A program made the translations under genes and the position numbers. The notes beneath the pieces are model-generated. The model made no database searches. It was not told where the DNA came from and saw only the letters and a program-made list of their open reading frames with translations. Below are positions 18,701 to 28,519 of a DNA stretch of 64,000 bases, piece by piece. Position 1 is the first letter of the stretch. Every line of letters starts with the position of its first letter. The stretch is from an uncultured Gammaproteobacteria bacterium (GTDB lineage Bacteria; Patescibacteriota; Patescibacteriia; CAZSQN01), in contig CAZSQN010000001.1 of the NCBI GenBank assembly GCA_964609095.1, positions 11,901-75,900 of the forward strand, given 5' to 3'.

Positions 18701-20083
18701 ATGGAGCCATCAACTCTCTGGCAGGCGACCTTGGGCGAGCTGGAACTCCAGCTTTCAAAGGTCCACTTTCTGACCTGGTTTAAAAATACCTACATCTCTT
18801 CCATGAACGATGGACGAATAACTATTAGCGTCCCCAATACATTTACTAAAACCTGGCTTGAAAAAAGATACCATACCGCCATCCTGAAAGCGCTTCAACA
18901 TGTCCTGAATATCCCCGTGCGCGATATATCCTACGAGGTTAGAGCGGTCGCCGATACAAAAATCAGCTCCGCCCCGCCATCCGGCTTTGGGACATCCTCC
19001 GCCCCAATGGAGCGCGGACGAATCAAAGATCTACCGACCGTTGCCGAAACAGTTAACAAATACGGTCTCAGGGTAAATTATACTTTTGAGAATTATATAG
19101 TCGGGAAAGGCAATGAGCTTGCCCATGCGGCGGCGCAAGCGGTCGCCGATAATCCCGGCCAGAAATATAACCCTCTTTTTATTTATGGCGGCGTTGGTTT
19201 AGGGAAGACCCATCTTATCCAGGCGATTGGCAACAGATTGCTTCAAAAAAATCCCCACGCCAAAGTCCTTTATATTACTTCGGAACAATTTACCAATGAT
19301 TTTGTCAATGCCATGAGAAGCGGCAGTGGAAAAGAATTCAAGGAACGTTATCGCAATGTTGATATTCTTTTAATTGACGACGTCCAGTTTATATCTGGAA
19401 AAGAAGGCACCAAAGAAGAGCTTTTTCATACTTTTAACACCCTCCACCATGCCGGACGCCAGGTCGTCTTTACTTCCGACCGCCCGCCAAAGGAAATAGG
19501 GGCGGAAGAACGGTTAAAATCAAGATTTGAGTGGGGTGCCACCGTTGATATCTCCATTCCCGATCTGGAAACAAGAATCGCCATTTTAAGCCATAAGTGC
19601 GGGGAAAAACAAATAAATATTTCGACCGAGATACTTCATTTTATCGCCTCTGCCCTTCAATCAAACGTAAGAGAGCTTGAAGGTGCTTTGAATAAGATTA
19701 TTGCCAATTATCAGCTAAGAAATACCCCCATCTCGCTTGAGACGACCAAGGCGCTGCTTTCCGGGTTTGCCAATAATTCGGGCAAAAAATCCCTCACTCC
19801 CAAATTCCTGATTGAGGCGGTGACAAATTATTATGATTTATCCATTGACGATATAATCGGCAAAAGCCGCGAACAAAAGCTCGCCTTTCCCCGCCAGATT
19901 ATAATGTTCCTTTTGCGCGAAGAGCTTGAGGTTTCCTATCCCTCAATCGGCAAAGAAATCGGCGGCCGCGACCATACTACAGCCATGCACGCTTATAACA
20001 AAATAAAATTTGAAATAGAAAATGATGAGCGGGTTAAAAGAGATGTGGAAATTATTAAACAGCGCCTTTATAACAGTGCATAA
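18701..20083 (+). CDS. dnaA: chromosomal replication initiator DnaA
   Basis: Walker A GGVGLGKTHL, sensor motifs, C-terminal DNA-binding helix; start at MEPSTLWQ. Confidence 0.95.
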   Translation: MEPSTLWQATLGELELQLSKVHFLTWFKNTYISSMNDGRITISVPNTFTKTWLEKRYHTAILKALQHVLNIPVRDISYEVRAVADTKISSAPPSGFGTSSAPMERGRIKDLPTVAETVNKYGLRVNYTFENYIVGKGNELAHAAAQAVADNPGQKYNPLFIYGGVGLGKTHLIQAIGNRLLQKNPHAKVLYITSEQFTNDFVNAMRSGSGKEFKERYRNVDILLIDDVQFISGKEGTKEELFHTFNTLHHAGRQVVFTSDRPPKEIGAEERLKSRFEWGATVDISIPDLETRIAILSHKCGEKQINISTEILHFIASALQSNVRELEGALNKIIANYQLRNTPISLETTKALLSGFANNSGKKSLTPKFLIEAVTNYYDLSIDDIIGKSREQKLAFPRQIIMFLLREELEVSYPSIGKEIGGRDHTTAMHAYNKIKFEIENDERVKRDVEIIKQRLYNSA

Positions 20084-20323
20084 AATTGTTAATAATCAGT
20101 GGAGGAGTCATGACTTATAAACTGTCCGGCGGAAAAAGAGGATTATTTTAATTTTAATCCCTTTTCTTCTCACTGTTCCCTCCACAATTTATTCTTCGCG
20201 ATAAAATCTAAATTCTATTAGATAATCGCTCCACCAAGCCATCTTTTGGAGCGATTATAATTTTTTGCACTTACTAACACCTCCTACTACTATTACTATT
20301 AATAAATATAAAGAGATAATATT
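20084..20323. promoter_or_regulatory. dnaA-dnaN intergenic AT-rich region; alternative oriC candidate
   Basis: AT-rich stretch ctactactattactattaataaatataaagagataatatt and degenerate DnaA-box-like cctccacaa. Confidence 0.3.
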
Positions 20324-21466
20324 ATGAAATTTTCCTGCACACGAGAGAACTTGGCGCAAGCGCTTTCCATCGTCAGCCACATAACTTCAAAAAATATCCA
20401 ACTGCCCATCCTTAATAACGTTTTGATGAAAACCGACGGAAAGATATTGAAATTTTTCTCAACTAATTTGGAAATATCCATTTCCTGCTTAGTGCGAGGG
20501 CATGTTGAAGAGGAGGGTTCATTCACTGTTCCTTCAAAACTTTTTTCCGATTATGTCGGATTATTGCCCAATGACAGGATTGATTTAGAGCTTCGTAACG
20601 ATGACACTATTAATGTTGTCTGCCAAAGCCATGAAACCAAAATTAAGGGCGTTTCAGCCGTTGATTTTCCCCTTTTTCCAAAAGTGCAAACAGATTCAAA
20701 ATTCAGAATTAACGCCAAGGATTTAAAAGGAGCGATTGAAGGGGTTATTTTTGCCGTTTCGCCAAATGAAACAAGGCCGGAGATAAGCGGCGTTTTGTTT
20801 GATTTTAGGCCTGATGGCGTTAATGGAAAATTAATTCTTGCCGCCACAGACAGTTATCGCTTGGCGGAAGCCACAATTGGCTTGCATGGAGAAGGAAACG
20901 GCTCAAAAGTAATTATTCCGTCAAGAACAGCCGCGGAATTAATGAGAATATTATCAATAAAACGGGATGATATGTCCGAGGGCGAATCGGTTGAGGTCTC
21001 AATTGGCGAGAGCCAGATTGTCTTTGCTTATGACAGCATTGAACTCATCTCTCGCATTATTGAAGGAAGATACCCGGAATATTCGCAAGTCATCCCTGAT
21101 TCTTTTGGAACAGAAATGACCGTAGAAAAAGAAGTATTGGCCGGAGCCGTCCGCGCGGCGTCTCTTTTTTCAAAGTCGGGCCTGCACGATGTGACTATTG
21201 CCGTAGAAGACGGCGGGGAGGTGCTTATTTCTTCGGCTGATAATCAGATCGGCGAAAATAAGAGCAAAATAAAAGCTGAACTAAAAGGCAGGGAAAATAC
21301 GACCACCTTGAATTATAGATATCTTTTGGACGGGGTGGGCAGGATAACGTCAAATAAGATCTTTTTTAGAATGGTGGACGGCGTGAGCCCGTGCGTGATA
21401 ACCCCCGGCGTTGGCGCTAACGAGATTCAAAAGTATGTTTATATTGTCATGCCGATCAAACAATAA
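20324..21466 (+). CDS. dnaN: DNA polymerase III beta sliding clamp
   Basis: 380-aa three-domain clamp; MKFSCTRENLAQALSIVSHI N-terminus. Confidence 0.95.
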   Translation: MKFSCTRENLAQALSIVSHITSKNIQLPILNNVLMKTDGKILKFFSTNLEISISCLVRGHVEEEGSFTVPSKLFSDYVGLLPNDRIDLELRNDDTINVVCQSHETKIKGVSAVDFPLFPKVQTDSKFRINAKDLKGAIEGVIFAVSPNETRPEISGVLFDFRPDGVNGKLILAATDSYRLAEATIGLHGEGNGSKVIIPSRTAAELMRILSIKRDDMSEGESVEVSIGESQIVFAYDSIELISRIIEGRYPEYSQVIPDSFGTEMTVEKEVLAGAVRAASLFSKSGLHDVTIAVEDGGEVLISSADNQIGENKSKIKAELKGRENTTTLNYRYLLDGVGRITSNKIFFRMVDGVSPCVITPGVGANEIQKYVYIVMPIKQ

Positions 21467-21486
21467 AGAATAATCGGATAAAATAA

Positions 21487-21512
21487 GACCCCTCCTTAAA
21501 AGGAGGGGTCTT
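21487..21512. terminator. bidirectional terminator (agacccctccttaaaaggaggggtct)
   Basis: perfect 11-bp stem between convergent dnaN and PBP genes. Confidence 0.6.
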
Positions 21513-21524
21513 ATAGTTTCCAAC

Positions 21525-24401
21525 CTAATTGGAATTAATGGTTATTGGCATCAATGGCTCTAAAAGATAAGTATTGCCCTCTTTATATATTTTAATTTTT
21601 AAATTGAAAGAGCCGTCAGGAGGCGGAGCGCCCCAAATCCAGCGAAAAGTTCCGTTTGACTCCCTAATGGCCGCGCCTAAGGAGATATCCTCTTCCCGCC
21701 CGTCTAAAAGAAGTTCTGCCCGCCCAAAAGATGGATCGTCAACAGAAGCCATTACGGAAAAGGGAAATTCGCTTGTTCTTATGGTTCTGCTGGTTCTGGG
21801 GTTTTTCCATTTGAGAGCGGTACCTTGGAGAACCGAGGTCGCCAGGATGTCTTTTAATTTAATGGTTATTTTTTCATCTCTAAAATAACCGTTTTCATCA
21901 TAAGCTCTGGCGGAGAGAATATGGTTTTCGGCGGAAACGGAAGAATCAAGGTTTATAGCCGTAAACCATGGCTCGCCGACGAGAGTCATAAGAAGTTTTT
22001 CATCAAGCCGCAATTCAATTTTGGTTATTGGCGCGGCCGAAGACACCTCAAGCGAGGCGTTAAAGTTTTTTTCCACTTCCAGATTGCCTTCCGGCTGAAG
22101 AAATTTTATTGATATATTTTGTTTGTCATCCGGCAGAATGGGATTTTCCGTTTTAATGCCCTGTTCGGCAGCCCATCTCTGGACCGCTGCCTCCCAGCTT
22201 TCATATTGCGGGTCGTCTTTGGGATTGGCGGGCGGCGAGCCGCGCGGGTCGTCGCGCCGGATATAATGCAAGACGTTATGTACCTGCCTGTAGGTCTTTT
22301 CTTCAATCTGGTCAGAGGGGGTGTTTTCATCAGCTAAAAGACCGGTTGTTTTATTTATTTTTAGAGTGATATAAGAATACGGCTCGCCGTCCAAAATAGG
22401 TTTGCCGGTTATAACTATTTCCGGCTCGGGAAAGGCGCTGGGCGCGACATTTTCCAGTATTTTCTTCATAAACGCGTTCCATATAGGCGCTGCTATTTTG
22501 CTTCCGTCAGCTCCGAGCTTCATTTCCTTGTTATTATTATTGCCGACCCAGACGCCCGCCACCACTTCCGGCGTGTAGCCGATAGTCCAGGCGTCGCGAT
22601 AATCGTTGGTTGTGCCCGTTTTGGCCGCAACCGGGCGGTCGGGCAAAGTCAGATAATTTTGTTCCCCGAATATGTAAGCCCGGGCGTTATTGTCGGAGAG
22701 GATGCCGGTAATCTGCCTCGCGGCATCTTGCGGCACGCCCTCAACCTCCTCGTCTTTCCATTCCTCCAGAACCCGGCCGGAGGAATCTTCAACTTTAAGA
22801 ATGGGCGAGATTGTATGCTTAATGCCGTCTGCGGCGAAGACGCCAAAAGCCGCAGCGTGTTCCAATAATTTTACTTCCCCGCCGCCCAAAACCAGCGACA
22901 GTCCGAACCTGGACCGTTCTTTTAATGTCGTGTACCCGAGCTTATCAGCCAAATCCAGAACATTTTCCACGCCGGTTAAATAAATCATCTTAACCGCCGG
23001 GATATTTAGCGAGCCGGCCAGCGCCTGGCGCACGGTAACAGGCCCGCGTTCTTTAAGATCATAATTTTTCGGCTCATAATCCTTGCCGATTTCTGTTTTG
23101 AAAACAGTATTAACGTCAAACAGCACCGTGGTCGGAGTATAACCGCGCAAAAAAGACGCGGCATAAACAATGGGTTTAAATGACGAGCCCGGCTGACGCG
23201 GTCTTAAGGTGACATTAACATTGCCGTCATTTTCCATATCAAAATAATCTTTTGATCCGACCATGGCCAGCACTTGCCCTGTTTTGGGGTCAATGGCCAC
23301 CAGAGCGGCGTTTCCCGCCTGCCATTGCTTCTCGTTATTTTTAACTTGGGCGGCGATCGCTTCCTCGGCCGCGTTTTGTTTGTCCAGATCCAATGAAGTA
23401 ATCACTTTTAGTCCTCCCTGTTCAACTAATTTTTCTCCGTATTTTTCCGTTAATATTTCTTTAACGTAAAAAACAAAATGAGGCGCGGTGATTGCCTCGC
23501 GCCGCGGCAGGACGCGCAGAATAGGGTTGTCGGCCTTGGCTTCCGTGGCCTCTTCTTTGCTTATTTTCCCTATCGCGGCCATTTCGTCTATGACATGGCG
23601 GCTTCTCGCGAGCAGCTCCTCTTTGTGGTTGCCGTAGGGAGAGAAATAAGTCGGCGCTTTGGGCAGGGCCGCCAGGAGAGCGGCCTCGGAGAGAGCGAGG
23701 TCGTTTGCTTTTTTGCCGAAAAATGTTTCGGCCGAAGCGGCAATGCCGTAGGAAGTGGAACCGTAAGGAATTTCGTTTAAATACAATTCCAGAATCTGGT
23801 CTTTGCTCATCTTGCTTTCAAGCTTCCACGCGAGGATTAGTTCCTTAAATTTTCTGGTGTAGGTCTTTTCCGAAGAAAGAACCGAATTTTTAATAAGCTG
23901 CTGGGTGATGGTTGAGCCGCCCTGCACCTTGCCCCGTTTGGCGATGTTTATAAAAATGGCGCGAGCAATGCCGCGAAGGTCAAAACCCCCGTGTTCATAA
24001 AATTTTTTGTCTTCAATGGCAATGGTTGACCACTTTATAATCTCCGGAATGTCCGCTAGCTTGATTAGAGTTCTTTTTTCCGCGCCGTGTATGTCATAGA
24101 GAACTGTTTTTCCGGTACGGTCATAAATTTTTGTGGATTGAGGAATCGCGCGGGAGATCAGGTTTCCCGGGTCGGGCAGAGTCCTTTCAACCCAAATGAA
24201 AAAACCGGCCGCGCTAACGCTCCCGGCAATCATGGCGGCGGAAAGCAAAAGCAAAATGCCGCCCCGGAAACCAACGGGTTTTTTAGAACTGCCGCCCCCA
24301 AACCTGCCCAGTCCGTTGAGCCGCCGCGAATAGGTTCTTCGCCGCAGGGCTTCGCGGCGCCAGGATGGAGAATTGTGCGATCGGAGCTGTGGTATTGGCA
24401 T
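21525..24401 (-). CDS. class A penicillin-binding protein (glycosyltransferase + transpeptidase) with C-terminal extension
   Basis: GT51 motifs EDKKFYEHGG and RQGGSTITQQL; transpeptidase SSFKP and KTGT motifs; N-terminal TM anchor. Confidence 0.9.
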   Translation of the reverse strand: MPIPQLRSHNSPSWRREALRRRTYSRRLNGLGRFGGGSSKKPVGFRGGILLLLSAAMIAGSVSAAGFFIWVERTLPDPGNLISRAIPQSTKIYDRTGKTVLYDIHGAEKRTLIKLADIPEIIKWSTIAIEDKKFYEHGGFDLRGIARAIFINIAKRGKVQGGSTITQQLIKNSVLSSEKTYTRKFKELILAWKLESKMSKDQILELYLNEIPYGSTSYGIAASAETFFGKKANDLALSEAALLAALPKAPTYFSPYGNHKEELLARSRHVIDEMAAIGKISKEEATEAKADNPILRVLPRREAITAPHFVFYVKEILTEKYGEKLVEQGGLKVITSLDLDKQNAAEEAIAAQVKNNEKQWQAGNAALVAIDPKTGQVLAMVGSKDYFDMENDGNVNVTLRPRQPGSSFKPIVYAASFLRGYTPTTVLFDVNTVFKTEIGKDYEPKNYDLKERGPVTVRQALAGSLNIPAVKMIYLTGVENVLDLADKLGYTTLKERSRFGLSLVLGGGEVKLLEHAAAFGVFAADGIKHTISPILKVEDSSGRVLEEWKDEEVEGVPQDAARQITGILSDNNARAYIFGEQNYLTLPDRPVAAKTGTTNDYRDAWTIGYTPEVVAGVWVGNNNNKEMKLGADGSKIAAPIWNAFMKKILENVAPSAFPEPEIVITGKPILDGEPYSYITLKINKTTGLLADENTPSDQIEEKTYRQVHNVLHYIRRDDPRGSPPANPKDDPQYESWEAAVQRWAAEQGIKTENPILPDDKQNISIKFLQPEGNLEVEKNFNASLEVSSAAPITKIELRLDEKLLMTLVGEPWFTAINLDSSVSAENHILSARAYDENGYFRDEKITIKLKDILATSVLQGTALKWKNPRTSRTIRTSEFPFSVMASVDDPSFGRAELLLDGREEDISLGAAIRESNGTFRWIWGAPPPDGSFNLKIKIYKEGNTYLLEPLMPITINSN

Positions 24402-24487
24402 GATAGGATTGAAGAATTATTGTTTAACAACGGTCTTTTGTCAACCCCTGCTAGAAGCTACTTTATTATAACACGCGCGAAGATTGA

Positions 24488-24594
24488 CCCCGCACATAAC
24501 CTTCATAAATATCATTAGATAATTTTGTCGAAACTTCGGTTACATAAAATTACCCAAAATAAGTTAAGTTATTTGTATAGGTTTATGTGCGGGG
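24488..24594. mobile_element. MITE/REP-like element copy A (CCCCGCACATAACC ... GGTTTATGTGCGGGG), 107 bp
   Basis: terminal inverted repeat; interior is the reverse complement of the interiors of copies B and C (shared gggtaatt(a/t)tatgtaaccgaagt(c/t)(c/t)cgacaaaatt). Confidence 0.6.
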
Positions 24595-24719
24595 TGGACA
24601 AAATAGATTTTTTTTGATAATTTTAAGCCAATTGCCCCCGTATCTGCGCTTCGCTTGATTCAGGAGCTCATTCGGCGAAAATGTCTCCGACGAGTCGGAA
24701 CCGCTTTGCGCCTCATTTC

Positions 24720-24792
24720 GCCCCCGTAGTTCAATGGATAGAACGCCAGACTTCTAAGCTGGTTATGGGAGTTCGATTCTCTCCGGGGGCAC
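24720..24792 (+). tRNA. tRNA-Arg (anticodon TCT)
   Basis: hand-folded cloverleaf: acceptor GCCCCCG/CGGGGGC, D-arm GTTC..GAAC, anticodon loop CTTCTAA, T-loop TTCGATT. Confidence 0.8.
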
Positions 24793-24807
24793 CGCGTATT
24801 TTTTACG

Positions 24808-24881
24808 GTGGCCATAGCTCAATGGTAGAGCACTGCTCTGTGGCAGCAGTGACACGGGTTCGATCCCCGTTGGCCACCCCA
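24808..24881 (+). tRNA. tRNA-His (anticodon GTG) with encoded G-1 and CCA
   Basis: acceptor GTGGCCA/TGGCCAC; extra G at 24807 pairs with C73; anticodon loop CTGTGGC; 3-prime CCA encoded. Confidence 0.85.
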
Positions 24882-24937
24882 CAAAAAACGACTTCTTTGC
24901 GAAGTTGTTTTTTGTTATGATTGGTTTGAGGTGGAAA

Positions 24938-25237
24938 ATGTTCGTCTATGGAGGGCAAGGCAGAATAAACGTTCTTTTGGGAGAGAGCGAGCTTGAGATA
25001 ATCAAAGCATCGTTTTCGGGGGCGGTCTTTAAGGGCGAATTGTATGCCAAAGTTGTTGCTCTGGAGAAAACAATAAGGCGCGCCATAGAAACCAATGGCG
25101 ATATCATTGTTTCCGTTTCAGGGAAAGATAATGCCGATGCTTGCGGGAATTCGCGCGAAAAAGCGTTTTCCGTTCTTGAACTTTTATTCAAGCGCGCCGG
25201 AGCGTCCTTTGAAATAAATCGCATCAGGATAATTTAG
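24938..25237 (+). CDS. hypothetical protein
   Basis: about 100-aa ORF downstream of tRNAs; no motif recognised. Confidence 0.4.
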   Translation: MFVYGGQGRINVLLGESELEIIKASFSGAVFKGELYAKVVALEKTIRRAIETNGDIIVSVSGKDNADACGNSREKAFSVLELLFKRAGASFEINRIRII

Positions 25238-25300
25238 GATTATCATCCCCGATTGCGACCGGGGGTTTTTCTTTAAATTGATTTGTGTTAGTATTGTTTT

Positions 25301-25546
25301 ATGATTTATACTTGTACTCATTGCGGGGTTCGGAGCCAAGACCAGATTTATTTTGAATGCCCCATTTGCGGCAGATTATCGCTTAAGGAAAAAGACGGCA
25401 AGTGGTTTTGCCGTGAGCACGGCGAGGTATTGCTGGAAGACATTATTCTTATCTGCAAAACCTGCGGCAAACCAGAGGTTCAGGTCGAGAGGCCTGACGA
25501 GCCCGGCGCCGAAGGCGGCAAAGAAACCTTATCTGTGGTAGAATAA
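25301..25546 (+). CDS. small zinc-ribbon protein (three CxxC pairs)
   Basis: CTHC ... CPIC ... CKTC spaced as zinc ribbons. Confidence 0.5.
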   Translation: MIYTCTHCGVRSQDQIYFECPICGRLSLKEKDGKWFCREHGEVLLEDIILICKTCGKPEVQVERPDEPGAEGGKETLSVVE

Positions 25547-25560
25547 AAATATAACGCTAA

Positions 25561-25650
25561 TTTGCGAATTTAATGCGAATGCTGCGAATGCGCGAATACA
25601 AAATTCGCATATTTGCATGATTCGCGATCATTCGCGGATTTGCGTTATGT
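25561..25650. promoter_or_regulatory. array of four TGCGAAT direct repeats followed by three ATTCGC(A/G) inverted repeats
   Basis: ttgcgaatttaatgcgaatgctgcgaatgcgcgaatacaaaattcgcatatttgcatgattcgcgatcattcgcgg read directly; sits upstream of the redox/Fe-S gene block. Confidence 0.4.
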
Positions 25651-25653
25651 ATT

Positions 25654-25968
25654 ATGCTTATAGAACTTCTCTACACCTCTTCCTGCCACGCGTACAGGCG
25701 CGCTATGGACGAACTGGAAGCGGCTTTGAACGAAGCCGGTTTGCCGGTTAAGTTTACGATGGTCAGAATAGACAAGCCCGAACAGGCAAAAGAATTTAAA
25801 TTTGCCGGTTCGCCGGCCATTCATATTGATGGGATTGACGTTGATCCCAAAGCCAAAGAAATTAAAAATTTTGCCGTGGTTGCCTGCCGGCCGTATTATT
25901 GGGAGGGAAAATCATATGATTGGCCGCCCAAGGCCATGATTGCGGAAGTATTAAAAAAATTATTATGA
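25654..25968 (+). CDS. DUF2703-like thioredoxin-fold protein
   Basis: ELLYTSSCHAY ... FAGSPAIHIDGIDVDP ... ACRPYYWEG pattern matches DUF2703 family (remembered consensus EILY..GC ... LGSPTI.VNG.DV ... CR.Y). Confidence 0.65.
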   Translation: MLIELLYTSSCHAYRRAMDELEAALNEAGLPVKFTMVRIDKPEQAKEFKFAGSPAIHIDGIDVDPKAKEIKNFAVVACRPYYWEGKSYDWPPKAMIAEVLKKLL

Positions 25969-26432
25969 AAAAAGAGCATCTTTCTTTTGATTACGATCAA
26001 ATCACGCCCTATGTCTTTATCGGCACCAACGAATGTTGCCAGACGCACTTTAATAAACAACTTTTAGGAAAAGAAATTAAGGCCAACATAAGTTTGGAAT
26101 TTGAACGGATTGATGCTCCTTATGGAGTAAAATATTTTTTGTGGCTGCCGGTGCGCGACCACAGCGCGCCGAGAGAAACCCAACTTATGGTCGGCGCCAA
26201 CGTCCTTGCGGATTTGGTGGAAGCTAAAGTAAAAACCTTTGTTCATTGCCAAAATGGTCATGGACGGGCGCCAACCTTGGTGGCGGCCTATTTTGTCTTA
26301 AAAGGAATGGATTTAGATGAGGCCATTGAATTTGTTGAAACCAAGAGAAGGGCCGCCCATGTTGAACCATCACAAAGAAGAGCGCTTAAACAATTTGAAA
26401 AAACAATTAAAAAACAACGGCATAAACATTAA
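25965..26432 (+). CDS. dual-specificity / tyrosine protein phosphatase
   Basis: CX5R P-loop VHCQNGHGRAPT; start at MKKEHLSF. Confidence 0.7.
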   Translation: MKKEHLSFDYDQITPYVFIGTNECCQTHFNKQLLGKEIKANISLEFERIDAPYGVKYFLWLPVRDHSAPRETQLMVGANVLADLVEAKVKTFVHCQNGHGRAPTLVAAYFVLKGMDLDEAIEFVETKRRAAHVEPSQRRALKQFEKTIKKQRHKH

Positions 26433-26447
26433 AATATTCGTATTTTT

Positions 26448-26714
26448 ATGAAAGTTTTAATTTACTCAACTAAAACCTGCCCTTTTTGCAAAATGGAAAA
26501 GGAATATTTAACTCAGAAAGGCGTCGCCTTTGAAAATATTTTTGTTGATGAAGATGAAACAAAAGCGGAGGAAATGACGCGTAAAAGCGGGCAAATGGGC
26601 GTGCCGGTAACGGTTGTCACCGGCGACGACGGCAAGGAAGAGGTAGTAGTTGGTTTTGATAAAGAAAGATTAAACCAAGTTTTGGGCTTAAACCCCGCAC
26701 TTAAACCCACATAA
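26448..26714 (+). CDS. glutaredoxin-family protein (NrdH/YruB-like)
   Basis: CPFC active site, 88 aa; its stop codon lies inside MITE copy B. Confidence 0.8.
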   Translation: MKVLIYSTKTCPFCKMEKEYLTQKGVAFENIFVDEDETKAEEMTRKSGQMGVPVTVVTGDDGKEEVVVGFDKERLNQVLGLNPALKPT

Positions 26715-26798
26715 ATAACTTAACTTGTTTTGGGTAATTATATGTAACCGAAGTCCCGACAAAATTGCTTAATGATATTTATGAGGTTATGTGCGGGG
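26693..26798. mobile_element. MITE/REP-like element copy B (106 bp), followed by TTGACA-17-TATTAT promoter-like sequence
   Basis: termini CCCCGCACTTAA / TTATGTGCGGGG; interior near-identical to copy C; gtgcggggTTGACAtaaaaatcagaaaagatTATTATaatcc directly after the element. Confidence 0.65.
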
Positions 26799-26852
26799 TT
26801 GACATAAAAATCAGAAAAGATTATTATAATCCTAGTTGGTGACTAGGATTAT

Positions 26853-27275
26853 TTGTTTATAAATATGGCTTCATTTTTTAAGGTTTCGGCCCGTTGCCAC
26901 GACGGACTGGTGATTATGGAAATGTTGGCGCGCGTTTGGAAAAGAGGCGCTTCAATGCCTTTGGAGCAGATCTCCAAAGAGACGCTTTCTCCGTTTGGAT
27001 ACCTTGAGCAGATTGCCGCTTCGTTAAAACAGAGCGGCCTTATTTGCGGCGAACGGGGATTTGGGGGCGGTTATAAACTGGCGCGCGACCCGAAAAGAAT
27101 AACGGTCAAAGAAGTTATTGAATCCGTGGAGGGGCCAATCGCGCTCGTTGATTGTTTGGGGAGGCGGGATGGCTGTGAGAAGGCAACCGTTTGCAGGACG
27201 CGCGGCACCTGGAACAATCTTCAGAAAAAAATTGAGGGAGCCGTTTCAAACATAACCATTCTTGATATTTTATGA
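26853..27275 (+). CDS. Rrf2-family (IscR-like) transcriptional regulator
   Basis: N-terminal wHTH KVSARCHDGLVIMEMLA and C-terminal Cys cluster CLGRRDGCEKATVC; heads iscS-iscU. Confidence 0.8.
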   Translation: MFINMASFFKVSARCHDGLVIMEMLARVWKRGASMPLEQISKETLSPFGYLEQIAASLKQSGLICGERGFGGGYKLARDPKRITVKEVIESVEGPIALVDCLGRRDGCEKATVCRTRGTWNNLQKKIEGAVSNITILDIL

Positions 27276-28489
27276 AGGTGAAAGAAATTTATTTGGATAA
27301 TTCAGCCGCGACTTCTGTGGATCCGCGAGTGCTCTCTGCCATGCTGCCGTATTTTTCCGAAATCTGCGGCAACCCCTCAAGTTTTAATAGCGCCGGCAAG
27401 CTGGCCAAAGACGCTGTTGAAAGAGCGCGCGAAAAAGTGGCCCGGATTTTTAATTCCAAGATTGACGAGGTTATTTTTACGGCCGGCGGCACCGAAGCCA
27501 ACAATTTGGCAATTTTGGGCTATGCCCGCGCCAACAGGGAAAAAGGCAATCATCTGATAACGCAAAAAACTGAGCACCACTCGGTTCTTGAAGCTATGGA
27601 GCATTTGGAAAAGAAAGAAGGGTTTAAGGTCACCTATCTTGATGTTGACGAATATGGCCTGGTTGATTCCAAAAAATTGGAGGCGGCCATTACCAAAGAA
27701 ACAATTTTGGTCTCCATTATGTATGCCAATAACGAAATTGGCACCGTAGAGCCAATCGCGGAGATGGGAAAAATCATCGCGGCTAAGCGCCAGGAGCTGG
27801 GAAGCGCCTTGCGCTTCCACAGCGATGCCTGCCAGGCGGCCGGCAGCTTGGATTTGGATGTAAACAGATTGCATATTGATTTGCTGACCATCAACGGTTC
27901 AAAAATTTATGGGCCTAAAAATGTCGGCGTTTTGTACATCAAAACCGGCGTAAAACTTCAGCCGCTTATCTTTGGCGGGCCGCAGGAACGCGCCTTAAGG
28001 CCCGGCACGGAAAATGTTCCCGGCATAGTCGGCCTTTCTGTTGCTTTAGAGATTGCTCAAAATGAAAAAGAAAAAGAAAACAGCCGCCTTACGGCTATCC
28101 GCGACCGCCTTATAAACGGGATTCTCTCAACTATTCCAAAGTCAGTGTTAAACGGGCATCCCGCCAAACGGCTTCCAAACAACGTTAATATTTCCATTTT
28201 GGACATAGAGGGCGAAGCGCTTGTTTTGTATCTGGACGCCAAGGGCGTTTATGCCTCAACCGGCTCGGCTTGCACCTCCGCCTCCCTTGACCCATCTCAT
28301 GTTATTGTGGCCACCGGCATGCCTTATGAAGCAAGCCACGGCAGTTTGCGCCTGACGCTCGGACGCCAAACAACGGCCGAAGACGCCGAATATGTGATAA
28401 AAATTCTGCCGGAAATAGTAGAGAAATTGCGGGCGATTTCGCCGGTTAATTTAGATATGAAGCACTATAAACGAGTGCTTAGCGGTTAG
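27272..28489 (+). CDS. iscS: cysteine desulfurase
   Basis: PLP-dependent class V aminotransferase; SGSACTS active-site Cys loop; 405 aa. Confidence 0.95.
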   Translation: MKVKEIYLDNSAATSVDPRVLSAMLPYFSEICGNPSSFNSAGKLAKDAVERAREKVARIFNSKIDEVIFTAGGTEANNLAILGYARANREKGNHLITQKTEHHSVLEAMEHLEKKEGFKVTYLDVDEYGLVDSKKLEAAITKETILVSIMYANNEIGTVEPIAEMGKIIAAKRQELGSALRFHSDACQAAGSLDLDVNRLHIDLLTINGSKIYGPKNVGVLYIKTGVKLQPLIFGGPQERALRPGTENVPGIVGLSVALEIAQNEKEKENSRLTAIRDRLINGILSTIPKSVLNGHPAKRLPNNVNISILDIEGEALVLYLDAKGVYASTGSACTSASLDPSHVIVATGMPYEASHGSLRLTLGRQTTAEDAEYVIKILPEIVEKLRAISPVNLDMKHYKRVLSG

Positions 28490-28519
28490 CGTTCAGCGTT
28501 TAGAAATTAATATTTTTTT

